NCBI GenBank assembly: GCA_963555985.3 | Contig: OY820591.1 | Coordinates: forward strand, 928,001 to 992,000 | Reading direction: 5' to 3' | Source of the DNA: Dehalococcoidia bacterium | Lineage (GTDB): Bacteria; Chloroflexota; Dehalococcoidia; Bin125 | DNA length: 64,000 nt | Part shown: piece after piece, positions 18,349 through 28,450 of the stretch | Layout: the number at the start of each line of letters is the position of its first letter | Numbering within the stretch: position 1 is the stretch's first letter | Notes under the pieces: model-generated | What the model saw: the letters and a program-made list of their open reading frames with translations, nothing else | Told to the model about the DNA's origin: nothing | Database searches by the model: none | Program-made: the position numbers and the translations under genes

Positions 18349-19383
18349 GCGGAACCAGTCGATCACCTCGGGGTGATAAGGAATGCCGCGCTCGGCGCGG
18401 TCGATCTCCTGCTCGTGCTCTTCCAGACCGGCGTAGATCACGCGCTCTTCGCCCGGCGCGGGCTTGGTTTCGCGCAGCGCCTTGAGATACTCGTCCATGT
18501 GCTGCTTGAACTCGTCGACGTCGGTGAAGGCGCCGATGTTGAAGACCGTGAAGTGGTGTCCGGTGCCGTTGAAGCGCTGGAGCGCGGTGCCGGCGTTGGC
18601 CATGATCCCGGAGAGGATGTCGATCGACATCGCCAGGCTGTAGCCCTTGTGCGAGCCGATCTCGCGGGTCCCGCCGAGCGGGAGCATGAGGAACTCGTCG
18701 GGTACCGGCCCGCCCTCCATCATCGGCGCGCCGTCGGCAGTGGCGACCCAGCCCGGGAGCAGGTCTTCGCCCAGGCGCTGAGCGAGTCGAATCTTGTTAC
18801 CGGCGACGCTGGACATCGAGGCGTCGAAGATGAAGGGCGGCTCCTGGTCGGCAGGGGCGGCGATCGAGAGCGGGTTGAGGCCGACTTTGGCTTCGGCCCC
18901 GTGAGTCGGCGCGACCATCAGGCCGCCGACAGTCATCGAGAGGCCGATCATGTCGTGGGGGATCGCCATTTGGGCGTGATAGGCAGCCGCGCCGAAGTGG
19001 CCGCCGTTGTTGCAGACGACCGTGGCGACGCCGCACTGTTGAGCCTTGTCGATGGCGAGTTCCATCGCCTGCGGCCCGATCGTGAGGCCGAGGCCGTTGT
19101 CGGAGTCGATCGTGGCGGCGGCGGGAGCGTCGCGTTCCAGCTTCCAGTTGGGCGTGGGGTTGATATCGCCGCTTTTGAGTCCGGCGACGTAGAAGCGGAG
19201 CATGTTGGAGACGCCGTGGGAATCGATCCCGCGCAGGTCGGCGTAGAGCAGGGTGTCGGTCGAGCGGGCGGCGTCGTCTTCGGGCATTCCCAGGCGGGTG
19301 AAGATCTCGTGCACGGCGCCGCGCACGGCGTCGCCGGGGACGCGGACGGCGATGTCGTCGGGGACTGCGAATTGCTTGAGCAT
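18298..19383 (-). CDS. Ldh_2-family oxidoreductase
   Basis: ADLRGIDSHG, GLNPLSIAAP, HKGYSL. Confidence 0.9.
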   Translation of the reverse strand: MLKQFAVPDDIAVRVPGDAVRGAVHEIFTRLGMPEDDAARSTDTLLYADLRGIDSHGVSNMLRFYVAGLKSGDINPTPNWKLERDAPAAATIDSDNGLGLTIGPQAMELAIDKAQQCGVATVVCNNGGHFGAAAYHAQMAIPHDMIGLSMTVGGLMVAPTHGAEAKVGLNPLSIAAPADQEPPFIFDASMSSVAGNKIRLAQRLGEDLLPGWVATADGAPMMEGGPVPDEFLMLPLGGTREIGSHKGYSLAMSIDILSGIMANAGTALQRFNGTGHHFTVFNIGAFTDVDEFKQHMDEYLKALRETKPAPGEERVIYAGLEEHEQEIDRAERGIPYHPEVIDWFRSAFDDLGLRDHFAGVV

Positions 19384-19625
19384 TGGGGTCTCCTTGGGCG
19401 GCGGGCGTGATTGCGGTTTCGCGCAGGGTAATAGGCGTTCGGGTTGGGCTTGGGATTGTTAACTGTGTGTAGCTGGCGGGGGTGTTTGGGGTTGGTTTGG
19501 GGGAGTTGTGTGTGGCGCTTCACAATCGGAATTCCGCCGATCGGGCGGGCGGCGGCATACGTTGAAATCAGCGGTTGACGAGCGAGCGACCGCGCTACCG
19601 GTCAAGTCCTGAAAGGACAGTTGCC

Positions 19626-19859
19626 ATGCATCCCTTCCCGATCAGTCCCTACAGCGGCCGCAGCGGCCGTCCGCATCCGCGCTGGGCGGTGGAGCGCGAC
19701 TGGGAGATCCAGCAGCAGCTCCAGCGCGAGAAGTCGCGTCGCCTCGTCTCCACGCTGGCGGCTCGACTCGCAAGTCTCGTGCGCGAGCCGAATCGCCCCG
19801 CCATCCCCGGCGAGGTGATTCCCGCCACCATCCCGGTCGCCTGGTTCCGCCCGAGCTAA
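19626..19859 (+). CDS. Small hypothetical protein
   Basis: AAAGGA RBS before ATG; followed by a REP palindrome. Confidence 0.45.
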   Translation: MHPFPISPYSGRSGRPHPRWAVERDWEIQQQLQREKSRRLVSTLAARLASLVREPNRPAIPGEVIPATIPVAWFRPS

Positions 19860-20093
19860 CGCTTGCGGTCTCCCTCTTCCGATCCCCTCTCCCTCTGGGA
19901 GAGGGTGAGGGTGAGGGCCAAGACGCTCCGACCAACCCCCAACATCCACACGCCGCCCACGCGCGGCCGATCGCAACGATCGGCCGCGCGTTGGGTTAAG
20001 CGAACCCGCTGGTACACTGCCAAGCGCGTAGCAGACAGACGCAAATTCGCTTGCGCCGCAGGTGACGGCGTTGCCCATTCGAGAGGACGCGCG

Positions 20094-20516
20094 GTGGCTG
20101 ATTACAACAAGCCAATTCCCGATCCCGACCCTGTCTCTCAGCCCTTCTGGGACGGAGCCAAAGAAGGGAAGCTGATGCTTCCCCGTTGCTCCGATTGCAA
20201 CCGGGTCCACTGGTACCCACGCACGATCTGCCCGCTCTGCCACACCACCAACATCGAGTGGATTGAGGCGACCGGACGCGGCACGATCCACACCTTCGCC
20301 GTCCAGCACAACCGCAACCTGGTCGCCCGCGGCTGGGGCGACGAAGTGCCCTACGTCACCGCCTACATCGACCTCGCCGAGGGCGACCGGATGCTGACCG
20401 TGCTCAAGGGCGTCGACCCCAACGACCCCGATTCGATCCAGATCGGCGCTCCCGTCCAGATCGAGTTCGAAGAAGCCTCCGAAGACGTCCACATCCCCTT
20501 CTGGCGGCCTGTCTAG
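20094..20516 (+). CDS. Zn-ribbon/OB-fold protein (DUF35)
   Basis: PFWDG..CSDC..YPR..CPLC, OB-fold C-terminus; precedes thiolase. Confidence 0.9.
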   Translation: MADYNKPIPDPDPVSQPFWDGAKEGKLMLPRCSDCNRVHWYPRTICPLCHTTNIEWIEATGRGTIHTFAVQHNRNLVARGWGDEVPYVTAYIDLAEGDRMLTVLKGVDPNDPDSIQIGAPVQIEFEEASEDVHIPFWRPV

Positions 20517-20559
20517 GCCCAGCCCAACCACAGCACTCAGGAACAATCAGGAGCACACT

Positions 20560-21828
20560 ATGCCTGGTGAAGCATCAAAGGCCGCCGCGATCATCGGCGC
20601 TGCCGAAGCCAACGACATCGGCTACCCGACCACCCCGAAGTCGTCTCTCCAACTGCACATCGAAGCGATCAAGAACGTCTGCGACATGACCGGGATTCCG
20701 ATCCGGGCCATCGACGGCATCTTCTCCGCAGGCTGGTCGCCGCAACTCGCCGAGTACCTCGGTCTGCATCCCAAGTACATCGACACCACCTCGGTCGGCG
20801 GCTGCTCGTTCGAGATGCACGTCCACCACGCGCTCTGCGCGATCCACGCCGGCGTGATCGACGTGGCCCTCGTCTCCCACGGCGAGATGGGCTTCAGCCA
20901 GCGCTTCACTCGAGGCAGGGGCACCGGACGCCCCTTCGGCGGCGGAGATCCCTGGGACCCGGGCGTACAGCACACAAGCGCCTACGGTCTCGGCGGCGCG
21001 CCGACCGGCTACTCCCACGCGATGAACCGGCACATGCACCGCTACGGCACCACCCAGGAAGACTTCGCCGAGATCGCCGTCGTCACCCGCGAGTGGGCCA
21101 CCCTCAACCCGCGCGCGGTCATGTACCGCAAGGCCGGCGAGGGCGACTTGCCCCCGCTGGAGCAGGGCGAATGGGGCGGCGGCAAGCGCGGTCACACCTT
21201 CGGCGGCCCGATCACCGTTGACACGGTGATGAACTCCCGCGCCATCTCCTGGCCGATCAAGCTGCTCGATGTCTGCCTGGTCACCGACCACGGCGGTGCA
21301 GTCCTGATCACCGGCCCTGAGATCGCCAAGACCTCGAAGACGCCGCCGGTCTGGATCGCAGGCGCGGGTGAGTCGATCTCGCACTGGAACATGCTCGAGA
21401 TGGACGATTTCACCGCCACCTCAGCCTCGCGCTCCGCGACTGCGGCCTACAAGATGGCCGGCATGGGCCCCGAGGACATGGAACTGGCCATGATCTACGA
21501 CTCGTTCACGGTCACCGCCGGGATCACCGCCGAGATGCTCGGTCTCGCGCCCGCCGGCGAAGGCCCCGCGCTCTGGAAGGATCGCCACGCCGCCCCGGGC
21601 GGACGCTTGCCGATCAACACCAACGGCGGCGGACTCAGCTTCAACCACTCCGGCATGTACGGGATGCAACTGCTGGTCGAGGCCTACCGCCAGCTCTCCG
21701 GCACCGCCGAAGACGGCGGCTTCTCCGGAGACCCCGGCAAGCAAACCAGCGCCCGCAGCTGCGTCGTCAACGGCACCGGCGGCACACTCTCCACCACCGG
21801 CACCCTGGTCCTCGTCTCCGACGACTAG
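20560..21828 (+). CDS. Thiolase-family (SCP-x-type) protein
   Basis: GGCS, IYDSFT, PINTNGGGLS. Confidence 0.88.
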   Translation: MPGEASKAAAIIGAAEANDIGYPTTPKSSLQLHIEAIKNVCDMTGIPIRAIDGIFSAGWSPQLAEYLGLHPKYIDTTSVGGCSFEMHVHHALCAIHAGVIDVALVSHGEMGFSQRFTRGRGTGRPFGGGDPWDPGVQHTSAYGLGGAPTGYSHAMNRHMHRYGTTQEDFAEIAVVTREWATLNPRAVMYRKAGEGDLPPLEQGEWGGGKRGHTFGGPITVDTVMNSRAISWPIKLLDVCLVTDHGGAVLITGPEIAKTSKTPPVWIAGAGESISHWNMLEMDDFTATSASRSATAAYKMAGMGPEDMELAMIYDSFTVTAGITAEMLGLAPAGEGPALWKDRHAAPGGRLPINTNGGGLSFNHSGMYGMQLLVEAYRQLSGTAEDGGFSGDPGKQTSARSCVVNGTGGTLSTTGTLVLVSDD

Positions 21829-22007
21829 GGAACTTCCAGCCCAGACACCCAGCGAGGACTCCCGCAGCAAACCTGCGCGGGAGTCGATGAATCCGTCATA
21901 CCCGCGGCAAGCGCGGGTATGACGGAGCTTTGATTCACGCATCGCCCCCTACACGGGCGGCCTCGTTCGTCTACCTTGCCGCGAACGAGATCGGGAAAGG
22001 ACTGGCG

Positions 22008-22418
22008 ATGTCGAACGCCTCATCGGAGCATGATCACAACACCAAACAGGGAATCACCTTCGTCTGGGCGCTCTTGCTCGTCGCCATGATCGTCCTCGTG
22101 GCCGTGATTGCCGGCAGCGAAGTCGCCGGAGACATCGTCGCTAGCCAAGTCGAGGCGCTGGCAGCTGGTTCGGTCAACGCGATCGGCCTCGTCGCAATCG
22201 GCGGGATCAACGCCATCGGCGTGATCTCGCTCGGCCTGGTCAACTCGATCGGCGTGGTCGCCATCGGCGGCGTCAATAGCCTCGGACTGATTTCGATCGG
22301 CGGGATCAACAGCGGCGGCATCATCGCGATCGGCGGTGTCAACAACTACTCCCTGATCTGGGGCTACTGGGGCGCGACGATCTTCACCTGGTCGCCAAAG
22401 ATCGGATTTCGCTACTAA
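22008..22418 (+). CDS. Gly-rich 11-residue-repeat membrane protein
   Basis: AAAGGA RBS, TM helix, six xxxxGxxNxxG-type repeats. Confidence 0.65.
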   Translation: MSNASSEHDHNTKQGITFVWALLLVAMIVLVAVIAGSEVAGDIVASQVEALAAGSVNAIGLVAIGGINAIGVISLGLVNSIGVVAIGGVNSLGLISIGGINSGGIIAIGGVNNYSLIWGYWGATIFTWSPKIGFRY

Positions 22419-22464
22419 CGCACTCCAGCCGACCGTCGGGCTGTGTGTTAACCTTCTGAGAGAG

Positions 22465-22558
22465 TCAAGCCGGGGTGGTCCGACCGTCAAGCGACGGGAA
22501 CAGGGCCTGAGAACACACCCGCCGAACCTGATCCGGATAATGCCGGCGCAGGGAGCGC
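22465..22558 (+). ncRNA. TPP riboswitch
   Basis: GGGGTG...CTGAGA..ACCC..GAACCTGATCCGGATAATGCCGGCGCAGGGA upstream of thi genes. Confidence 0.93.
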
Positions 22559-22614
22559 ACCAAACTTCAGGCCCGCCCGAACGACCGCCGACCGCCCCGC
22601 TGCGGAGCGAAGCC

Positions 22615-23427
22615 GTGCGCGTCATGCTCTCCATCGCAGGTTCCGATTCCTCCGCCGGCGCCGGCATCCAGGCCGACCTCAAAGCCGCCTCCCAGTTCTA
22701 CGGCTGCTATTGCGCCACCATAATCACCGCAATCACCGCCCAGAACACGCTCGGCGTGCAGGACGCCTACCAACTGCCCACCTGGATCGTGCGCGCCCAG
22801 ATCGAATCGGTCTTCTCCGACCTCAACGTCGCCGCCGTCAAGACGGGAATGCTTGGCGACTCCGAAATGATCAACGCCGTCGCCGACGAATTAAGCGAAC
22901 GTCAACCGCCGAAGATCGTGGTCGATCCGGTCATGATCTCCAAGACCGGCTTCGCCCTGCTCGCGGACGACGCCGTGGACACCTTCAAAAGGCGGATGCT
23001 GCCCCTGGCGACTTTGATCACGCCCAACACGCATGAAGCCGAGCGGCTGACCGGGATTGCGGTGCAGTCCGTCGCAGACGCCAAGCGCGCAGGCGCAGCA
23101 CTGCTCGAGCTGGGCGCCAACGCTGCATTGGTCAAGGGCGGACACTTAGAGGAGTCTCCCGGCACGGACGTCCTGGTCACTCCGGACGGCACGCACCTGA
23201 TCGAGCGCGAGTGGATCGACACCAAGCACACCCATGGCACCGGTTGTACCTATGCCTCCGCCATTGCCGCGCGCCTCGCCTACGACTGGAATCTGGACCT
23301 GTACGAGAGCGTGATGGATGCCAAGTACTGGCTGACCGAAGCAATCCGCTACGGCCTCGACCTGGGCCACGGCGTCGGCCCCACCCAGCCCTTCTGGGGT
23401 CAGGAATGGGGACCCTGGAACGACTGA
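22615..23427 (+). CDS. thiD: HMP/HMP-P kinase
   Basis: IAGSDSSAGAGIQADLK, KTGML, VDPVM, HGTGCT; start uncertain. Confidence 0.95.
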   Translation: MRVMLSIAGSDSSAGAGIQADLKAASQFYGCYCATIITAITAQNTLGVQDAYQLPTWIVRAQIESVFSDLNVAAVKTGMLGDSEMINAVADELSERQPPKIVVDPVMISKTGFALLADDAVDTFKRRMLPLATLITPNTHEAERLTGIAVQSVADAKRAGAALLELGANAALVKGGHLEESPGTDVLVTPDGTHLIEREWIDTKHTHGTGCTYASAIAARLAYDWNLDLYESVMDAKYWLTEAIRYGLDLGHGVGPTQPFWGQEWGPWND

Positions 23428-24071
23428 TGACTGCAAAAGAGCTTGGCCGCCTCCACATCATCACCGACGAGGTGCTACAGACGAGGTTTTCGCATGTCGA
23501 GCTTGCGGCGGCAGCCGCGTCCGGCGGCGCGGACATAATCCAGTACCGCGAAAAGCGGCCGACCTCGACGCGGGAGCTGATGCGAGTAGCCGTGCTGATG
23601 AGTCTGGCCTGCCGGGAGTTTGGGACGACGATGCTGATTGACGATCGGGTTGACGTGGCCGCCGCCGTCGGCGCAACCGCAGTCCACCTGGGCCGCGACG
23701 ACCTGCCGCCCTACGTCGCCCGCCAGATCCTCGGCCCCGACGCGATCATCGGAGGTACCGCCAACTCGGTTGAGGAGGCGGTGAAGGTGGCGAAACAACC
23801 AGTGGACTACCTCGGCATCGGCCCCGTCTTCGGTACGACCTCGAAGGGCAATCGGGCCGCGCCGATGCTGGGATTGGAGCGCTTTGCCGAGATCTGCGAT
23901 GCGGTCGACAAGCCCGTGATCGGTATCGGCGCAATCACCGCCGAACGCATCGCCGATGTCCTCGCGGCCGGCGCATACGGCGTCGCCGTGCTGTCGGCGG
24001 TGACCTGCGCCGAGAATCCCGAAGCAGCGACGCGGGCCTGCGCGGACGCCGTAGCGGAGGCGTTGTCGTGA
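23427..24071 (+). CDS. thiE: Thiamine-phosphate synthase
   Basis: QYREK, DDRVDVA, HLGRDD, GPVFGTTSK. Confidence 0.93.
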   Translation: MTAKELGRLHIITDEVLQTRFSHVELAAAAASGGADIIQYREKRPTSTRELMRVAVLMSLACREFGTTMLIDDRVDVAAAVGATAVHLGRDDLPPYVARQILGPDAIIGGTANSVEEAVKVAKQPVDYLGIGPVFGTTSKGNRAAPMLGLERFAEICDAVDKPVIGIGAITAERIADVLAAGAYGVAVLSAVTCAENPEAATRACADAVAEALS

Positions 24072-25204
24072 GCCGGATCGCAATCGTCGGCGGCGGCGCC
24101 ATCGGGCTCGCCTGCGCGTTCGAGTTGGCCCGGCGCGAATATCCAGTAACCGTGATCGAGCGCGGATCGTTCGGCTCAGGCACCTCCTCCACGGCGGCGG
24201 GGATGCTCGCGCCGTCGTCGGAGGTAGAGCGCACGCACGAGTCGCTGATCGCGCTCCAGCTGGACAGCCTGGGTCGCTATCCGCAGTTCATCGCCGGCAT
24301 CGAGGAGATTTCGGGACGCGAAACCGGCTACCGCGACGAAGGCACGCTCTGGGCCTCGCGCCACCGAGACGACGAGCTCGAGCTGGATCACCTGCTCACA
24401 ATTCAGCAATCGCGCGGGATGTCGGCGCGGCGTCTGACGGCGCGAGAGACGCGGGCGCTGGAGCCGCATCTCAGCCCGCGCGTGATCGGCGGACTGCTGG
24501 TTGAGGGCGATACGCAGGTCGATGGCCGCAAGCTGGTCCCCGCGTTGGCAGCTGCCTGCGCGGCGCTGGGCGTCGAATTGGTGGGCGGGACACAGGTATC
24601 GCGGGTAAAGCCGTCCGGCGGCGCGTTCGAGTTGAGCTTGGCGTCGGGGGACACAGAGAATTCGCGCACCTTCGAGCAGGTCGTGCTGGCTGCCGGAGTC
24701 TGGCTGGAAGACGGTCTCGTGACGCCCCTGCCGACGCTCGGGATGCGACCGGTCAAAGGCCAGATCGTGCGGTTGCGCGGCGAACCGCTGACCGATCACG
24801 TCCTGCGCACGCCGGATATCTACATCATCCCCCGCCGCGACGGCGAGTTGCTGCTGGGCGCCTCGGAAGAAGAGATGGGCTGGGACACCTCGGCCACCGC
24901 CGGCACCACACTCGATCTGTTGCGCTACGGCTTCGAGGTGCTGCCCGGCATCTACGATCTCAGCATCACCGAGCTGGACGTCGGGCTGCGTCCGACGGTC
25001 GCCGATCACATGCCCGTGATCGGGGAATCGCCGACGCCGGGCGTCTATGTCGCCTCCGCCCACTATCGTCACGGCATCCTGCTCGCGCCGGCCACGGCCT
25101 ACTGGTTGGCGGAGCTGATTGCGACCGGCAGCGTGCCGTCGGAACTGTCCGCGTTCAGCGTGGAGCGCTTCACCGGCGTCCAAACAGCAGGAGTGGCGCG
25201 ATGA
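24068..25204 (+). CDS. thiO: Glycine oxidase
   Basis: GGGAIG, AAGMLAP, HYRHGILLAP. Confidence 0.92.
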   Translation: MSRIAIVGGGAIGLACAFELARREYPVTVIERGSFGSGTSSTAAGMLAPSSEVERTHESLIALQLDSLGRYPQFIAGIEEISGRETGYRDEGTLWASRHRDDELELDHLLTIQQSRGMSARRLTARETRALEPHLSPRVIGGLLVEGDTQVDGRKLVPALAAACAALGVELVGGTQVSRVKPSGGAFELSLASGDTENSRTFEQVVLAAGVWLEDGLVTPLPTLGMRPVKGQIVRLRGEPLTDHVLRTPDIYIIPRRDGELLLGASEEEMGWDTSATAGTTLDLLRYGFEVLPGIYDLSITELDVGLRPTVADHMPVIGESPTPGVYVASAHYRHGILLAPATAYWLAELIATGSVPSELSAFSVERFTGVQTAGVAR

Positions 25205-25422
25205 GCGAGCCGACCACAGTTGAGGTCACGCTGAACGGCGAATCCGCCGAGCTGCCGGCGGCTGCCCTGCCCGATGCGCTCTGCGCGATCGGCTACGACC
25301 CCGAACAGCAGGGCATCGCCGTCGCGATCAACATGGCCGTCGTACCGCGTTCAGAGTGGGACGCGACCACGATTGCGGCGGGCGACCGAATCGACATCGT
25401 CGGCGCGAAACAGGGCGGATAG
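25201..25422 (+). CDS. thiS: Sulfur carrier protein
   Basis: 73 aa ending GG, between thiO and thiG. Confidence 0.93.
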   Translation: MSEPTTVEVTLNGESAELPAAALPDALCAIGYDPEQQGIAVAINMAVVPRSEWDATTIAAGDRIDIVGAKQGG

Positions 25423-25430
25423 AGATCACG

Positions 25431-26240
25431 ATGGACATCGCCGCGCAAGACACCTGGACCCTGGCCGGCCGCGAGCTCAGCTCGCGGATCATCCTCGGTA
25501 CCGCGCGCTATCCCTCGCAGGAAGTGCTGCTCGATTCGCTCGCCGCGAGCGGAACCGAGCTCGTAACAGTCGCGCTGCGCCGCGTCAATGTCGGATCGGC
25601 GGACGGATCCGATCCGACCAATCTGTACACGCTGCTGACGGAGCGCGGCTACGGACTGCTGCCCAACACTGCCGGCTGCTTCACCGCGCCCGACGCGATC
25701 CTGACGGCGGAACTCGCTCGGGAGGCGCTTGGCGTCTCACTGGTCAAACTAGAGGTGATCGCGGACGAGGAGACGCTGCTGCCGGATACCGAGGGTCTGC
25801 TGGAGGGTGCGCAGGAGTTGGTGCGGCGCGGGTTTGAGGTGTTGCCCTACACCAACGACGATCCGGTCACCGCGCGAAAGCTGGAGGATGTGGGCTGTTC
25901 GGCGGTGATGCCCCTGGGCGCGCCGATCGGCTCGGGGCTGGGGATTCGCAATCCGCACAACATTCAGCTGATCAAAGAACGCGCGAACGTGCCCGTGATC
26001 GTCGATGCCGGTGTCGGTACCGCATCGGATGTCGCGATCGCGTTTGAGCTCGGCTGCGACGCCGTGTTGATGAACACAGCCGTCGCGCGCTCGCGCGATC
26101 CGGTGCGGATGGCGCGCGCAATGAACGCGGCGGCGCGGGCCGGCCGCGACGCATTTCTGGCGGGGCGGATGCCGCGCAAGTTCTACGCCGAAGCATCCTC
26201 CCCCGCAGAGGGGATGATCTCGCCGCTCGAAACCTCGTAA
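25431..26240 (+). CDS. thiG: Thiazole synthase
   Basis: [30 protein letters not shown]. Confidence 0.96.
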   Translation: MDIAAQDTWTLAGRELSSRIILGTARYPSQEVLLDSLAASGTELVTVALRRVNVGSADGSDPTNLYTLLTERGYGLLPNTAGCFTAPDAILTAELAREALGVSLVKLEVIADEETLLPDTEGLLEGAQELVRRGFEVLPYTNDDPVTARKLEDVGCSAVMPLGAPIGSGLGIRNPHNIQLIKERANVPVIVDAGVGTASDVAIAFELGCDAVLMNTAVARSRDPVRMARAMNAAARAGRDAFLAGRMPRKFYAEASSPAEGMISPLETS

Positions 26241-26315
26241 TCCGGCCTCCGACACCGAACCGGGCCGAAACGGAATCGAACAAACCCGTACAGAGCCGAA
26301 CAAGGGAGAACGCCT

Positions 26316-26954
26316 GTGACCGATCTGCCGCTTTCCGAGCGCCTCTGGGAGGCCAACCGCGACCTCGCCGAAGCCTGCCTCGATCACCCATTCGTGCAAG
26401 GCCTCGCCGATGGATCGCTAGCCGACAGCCGCTACGCCCTGTTCACGCAGCAGGATCATTTCTATCTGGACGCCTACGCCCGCGCCTACGCCTGGGGCGC
26501 GGTGCGCGCCCGCGATTGGGCCACGCGCCGTCAGTTCGGCGCGCTGCTCTCCGGCATCCTGACCGAAGGCACCCTGCACGAGCAGACCGCGCCCGAACTG
26601 GGCGTTTCGCTCGAAGACGTGCAGCCGCTGCCCGCCGCCCGCGAATACACCGATTTCCTCCTCGCCACCGCCTCACTGGGGACAGTCGGCGAGCATCTCG
26701 CGGCGATGGCGCCCTGCGCGAGGCTCTACGCCTGGCTGGGGCTGCGGATCGCGGACCAGCCGTATGACGACAAGTTCGATTTCTGGATCAACCTGTACGC
26801 CGGCAGCGGCTATCAGGAGAAGGTGGCGATCGTCCAGCGGATGTTGGATGAACACGGGGAAGACACGGCTTCGGAAGCGATCAAGTTCCGCACCGCGATG
26901 GAGTTGGAGTACCGCTTCTTCGACTCGGCCTGGGTGAATGGCTTGGAGCAGTGA
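26316..26954 (+). CDS. tenA: TenA-family aminopyrimidine aminohydrolase
   Basis: HPFV, QDHFYL, APCARLY, LEYRFF. Confidence 0.9.
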   Translation: MTDLPLSERLWEANRDLAEACLDHPFVQGLADGSLADSRYALFTQQDHFYLDAYARAYAWGAVRARDWATRRQFGALLSGILTEGTLHEQTAPELGVSLEDVQPLPAAREYTDFLLATASLGTVGEHLAAMAPCARLYAWLGLRIADQPYDDKFDFWINLYAGSGYQEKVAIVQRMLDEHGEDTASEAIKFRTAMELEYRFFDSAWVNGLEQ

Positions 26955-26983
26955 GCTGATCAGTGAACCGCTGGCTCGCAATC

Positions 26984-27590
26984 GCCGCAGTCTTGCCTGG
27001 CGCCGTGCTGCTGCTCTCCGCCTGCGGCGAGGAGTAACACCAGCAGCAGTCGCAGCAAGCTCAACACGGGCGCTCAACGAGTGAACACGAAGCCCAGAGC
27101 GAGCACGGCGACGGCGAACGTCAACAGGCGAGCCACGCCGAAGGTGCGGCCGATGCGGCAAGACGACCCTGCTGAACCTGATCGCCGGTCTCGAGGACAT
27201 CGACTCCGGCCAAATTCTGGTCAACGGCGAGACGCTGCCCCCGCAGGAGCGGCTGAAACACTTCGGCTACATGCCCCAGCAGGACACGTTGTTCCCTTGG
27301 CGCAGCGTCCTCGACAACGTCTCGCTGGGGCTGGAGGTGCAAGGAGTGCGCCGGATCGCGTCTTCGTGATGTCGCCATGCCCGGGGCGGATTGTGAATGT
27401 GCTTGACGTCGACCTGCCGCGTCCGCGCACGGCGCTGCCCCACCTCTTCATGGGTCTGCGGATCGCGGCGATCTACGCGGCGCTGGGCGCGATCTTTGTC
27501 GTCGCCCTGCTCAGTTACCTACTGTTCCTCGGGGTCGTCTTGTTTGAGCGCCGCGTGATCCCCTGGCGCTTCGCCCGGCGGGAGCGGTGA
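26984..27590 (+). pseudogene. Collapsed remnant of an NitT/TauT (ThiXYZ-like) ABC transporter
   Basis: Lipobox fragment LLLSACGEE*, ATPase fragments (CGKTTLLNLIAGL..YMPQQDTLFPWR; DRVFVMSP..VDLPRPR), permease fragments (ALPHLFMGLRIAA..ERRVIPW). Confidence 0.8.
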
Positions 27591-27591
27591 G

Positions 27592-28224
27592 ATGCCGACA
27601 CTCCCGCGACTGATCCTGATCGCCGACCAGATCGCCGCCGGAGGGCGTCCGCTGCCCGAAGTGGTGGCGAGCGCGGCGGCCGGTGTGGACGGGCGGCTGA
27701 TCGTGCAGCTGCGAGAGCCGAAACTGTCCGACACGATCGCCATTCAACTGCTTCGGGCCATGCGTCGGCGTGTTCCGGCTGAGACCGTGCTGGCGGTCAA
27801 CAACCGTCCCAACGTTGCGCGTGCGCTCGACGTCGGCCTGCATGTACCCGGCTACATGAACGCGCCCAGCGGTGAATTCGCGCTGCGCGGACGGTCTGTA
27901 CACGACGACGATCAGGCGCGGGCCGCCATTGCTGAGCAGGCGGACTACGCGATCGTGGGCACGATCTTCGAGACTGCCTCTCACCCGGGCCGCGAAGGGG
28001 CGGGTCTGGCGCACCTGAGCCGAATAGCGGCGCGACTCGCCCCAATGCCCGCCTACGCAATCGGCGGGATCACCGCAGAGAACGCAGCAAACTGCATCGA
28101 GGCGGGCGCATGGGGCGTGGCGGTTCGAGGCGCGATCATGGGCGCGCCCGATCCGGGTGTTGCCGCTGCCGAAATCCTGGATGCCATTCTCGATCAGGTA
28201 CTGGGCAATCCAGGCAGAGGTTGA
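27592..28224 (+). CDS. tenI: ThiE/TenI-family protein (probable thiazole tautomerase)
   Basis: QLREP, GRSVH, GTIFETASHPG, AIGGIT. Confidence 0.75.
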   Translation: MPTLPRLILIADQIAAGGRPLPEVVASAAAGVDGRLIVQLREPKLSDTIAIQLLRAMRRRVPAETVLAVNNRPNVARALDVGLHVPGYMNAPSGEFALRGRSVHDDDQARAAIAEQADYAIVGTIFETASHPGREGAGLAHLSRIAARLAPMPAYAIGGITAENAANCIEAGAWGVAVRGAIMGAPDPGVAAAEILDAILDQVLGNPGRG

Positions 28225-28432
28225 GCGGGCACGTAACCTCTTCCCCCGACTGTCCGCCCCGTGGGCGCAGTCGCGGGTGCGCCAGTATCTCGCTGAGGAC
28301 GAATTGCTGATCGGCAGAGACTTCTGGAACTTCGTCGCACGGCCGGCAGACGGCTACGACACCATCATTGGGGCTTACCGTGAGGGCGCGCACCTTATCC
28401 GTGAGGCGCTCGACGACGTCAAGAGGCTGTAG
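28200..28432 (+). pseudogene. C-terminal remnant of a type II restriction endonuclease
   Basis: ELLIGRDFWNFV..DGY motif, no credible start, directly before an MTase. Confidence 0.55.
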
Positions 28433-28450
28433 CTGGGATAGGCGGTACCC

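Noticed and set aside
1-23400. Apparent shift from G/T-rich to C-rich top strand near 17.5-20 kb as a replication origin or terminus
   Set aside because: Confounded by gene orientation and not quantifiable without a cumulative skew calculation; no dnaA boxes or dif site recognised
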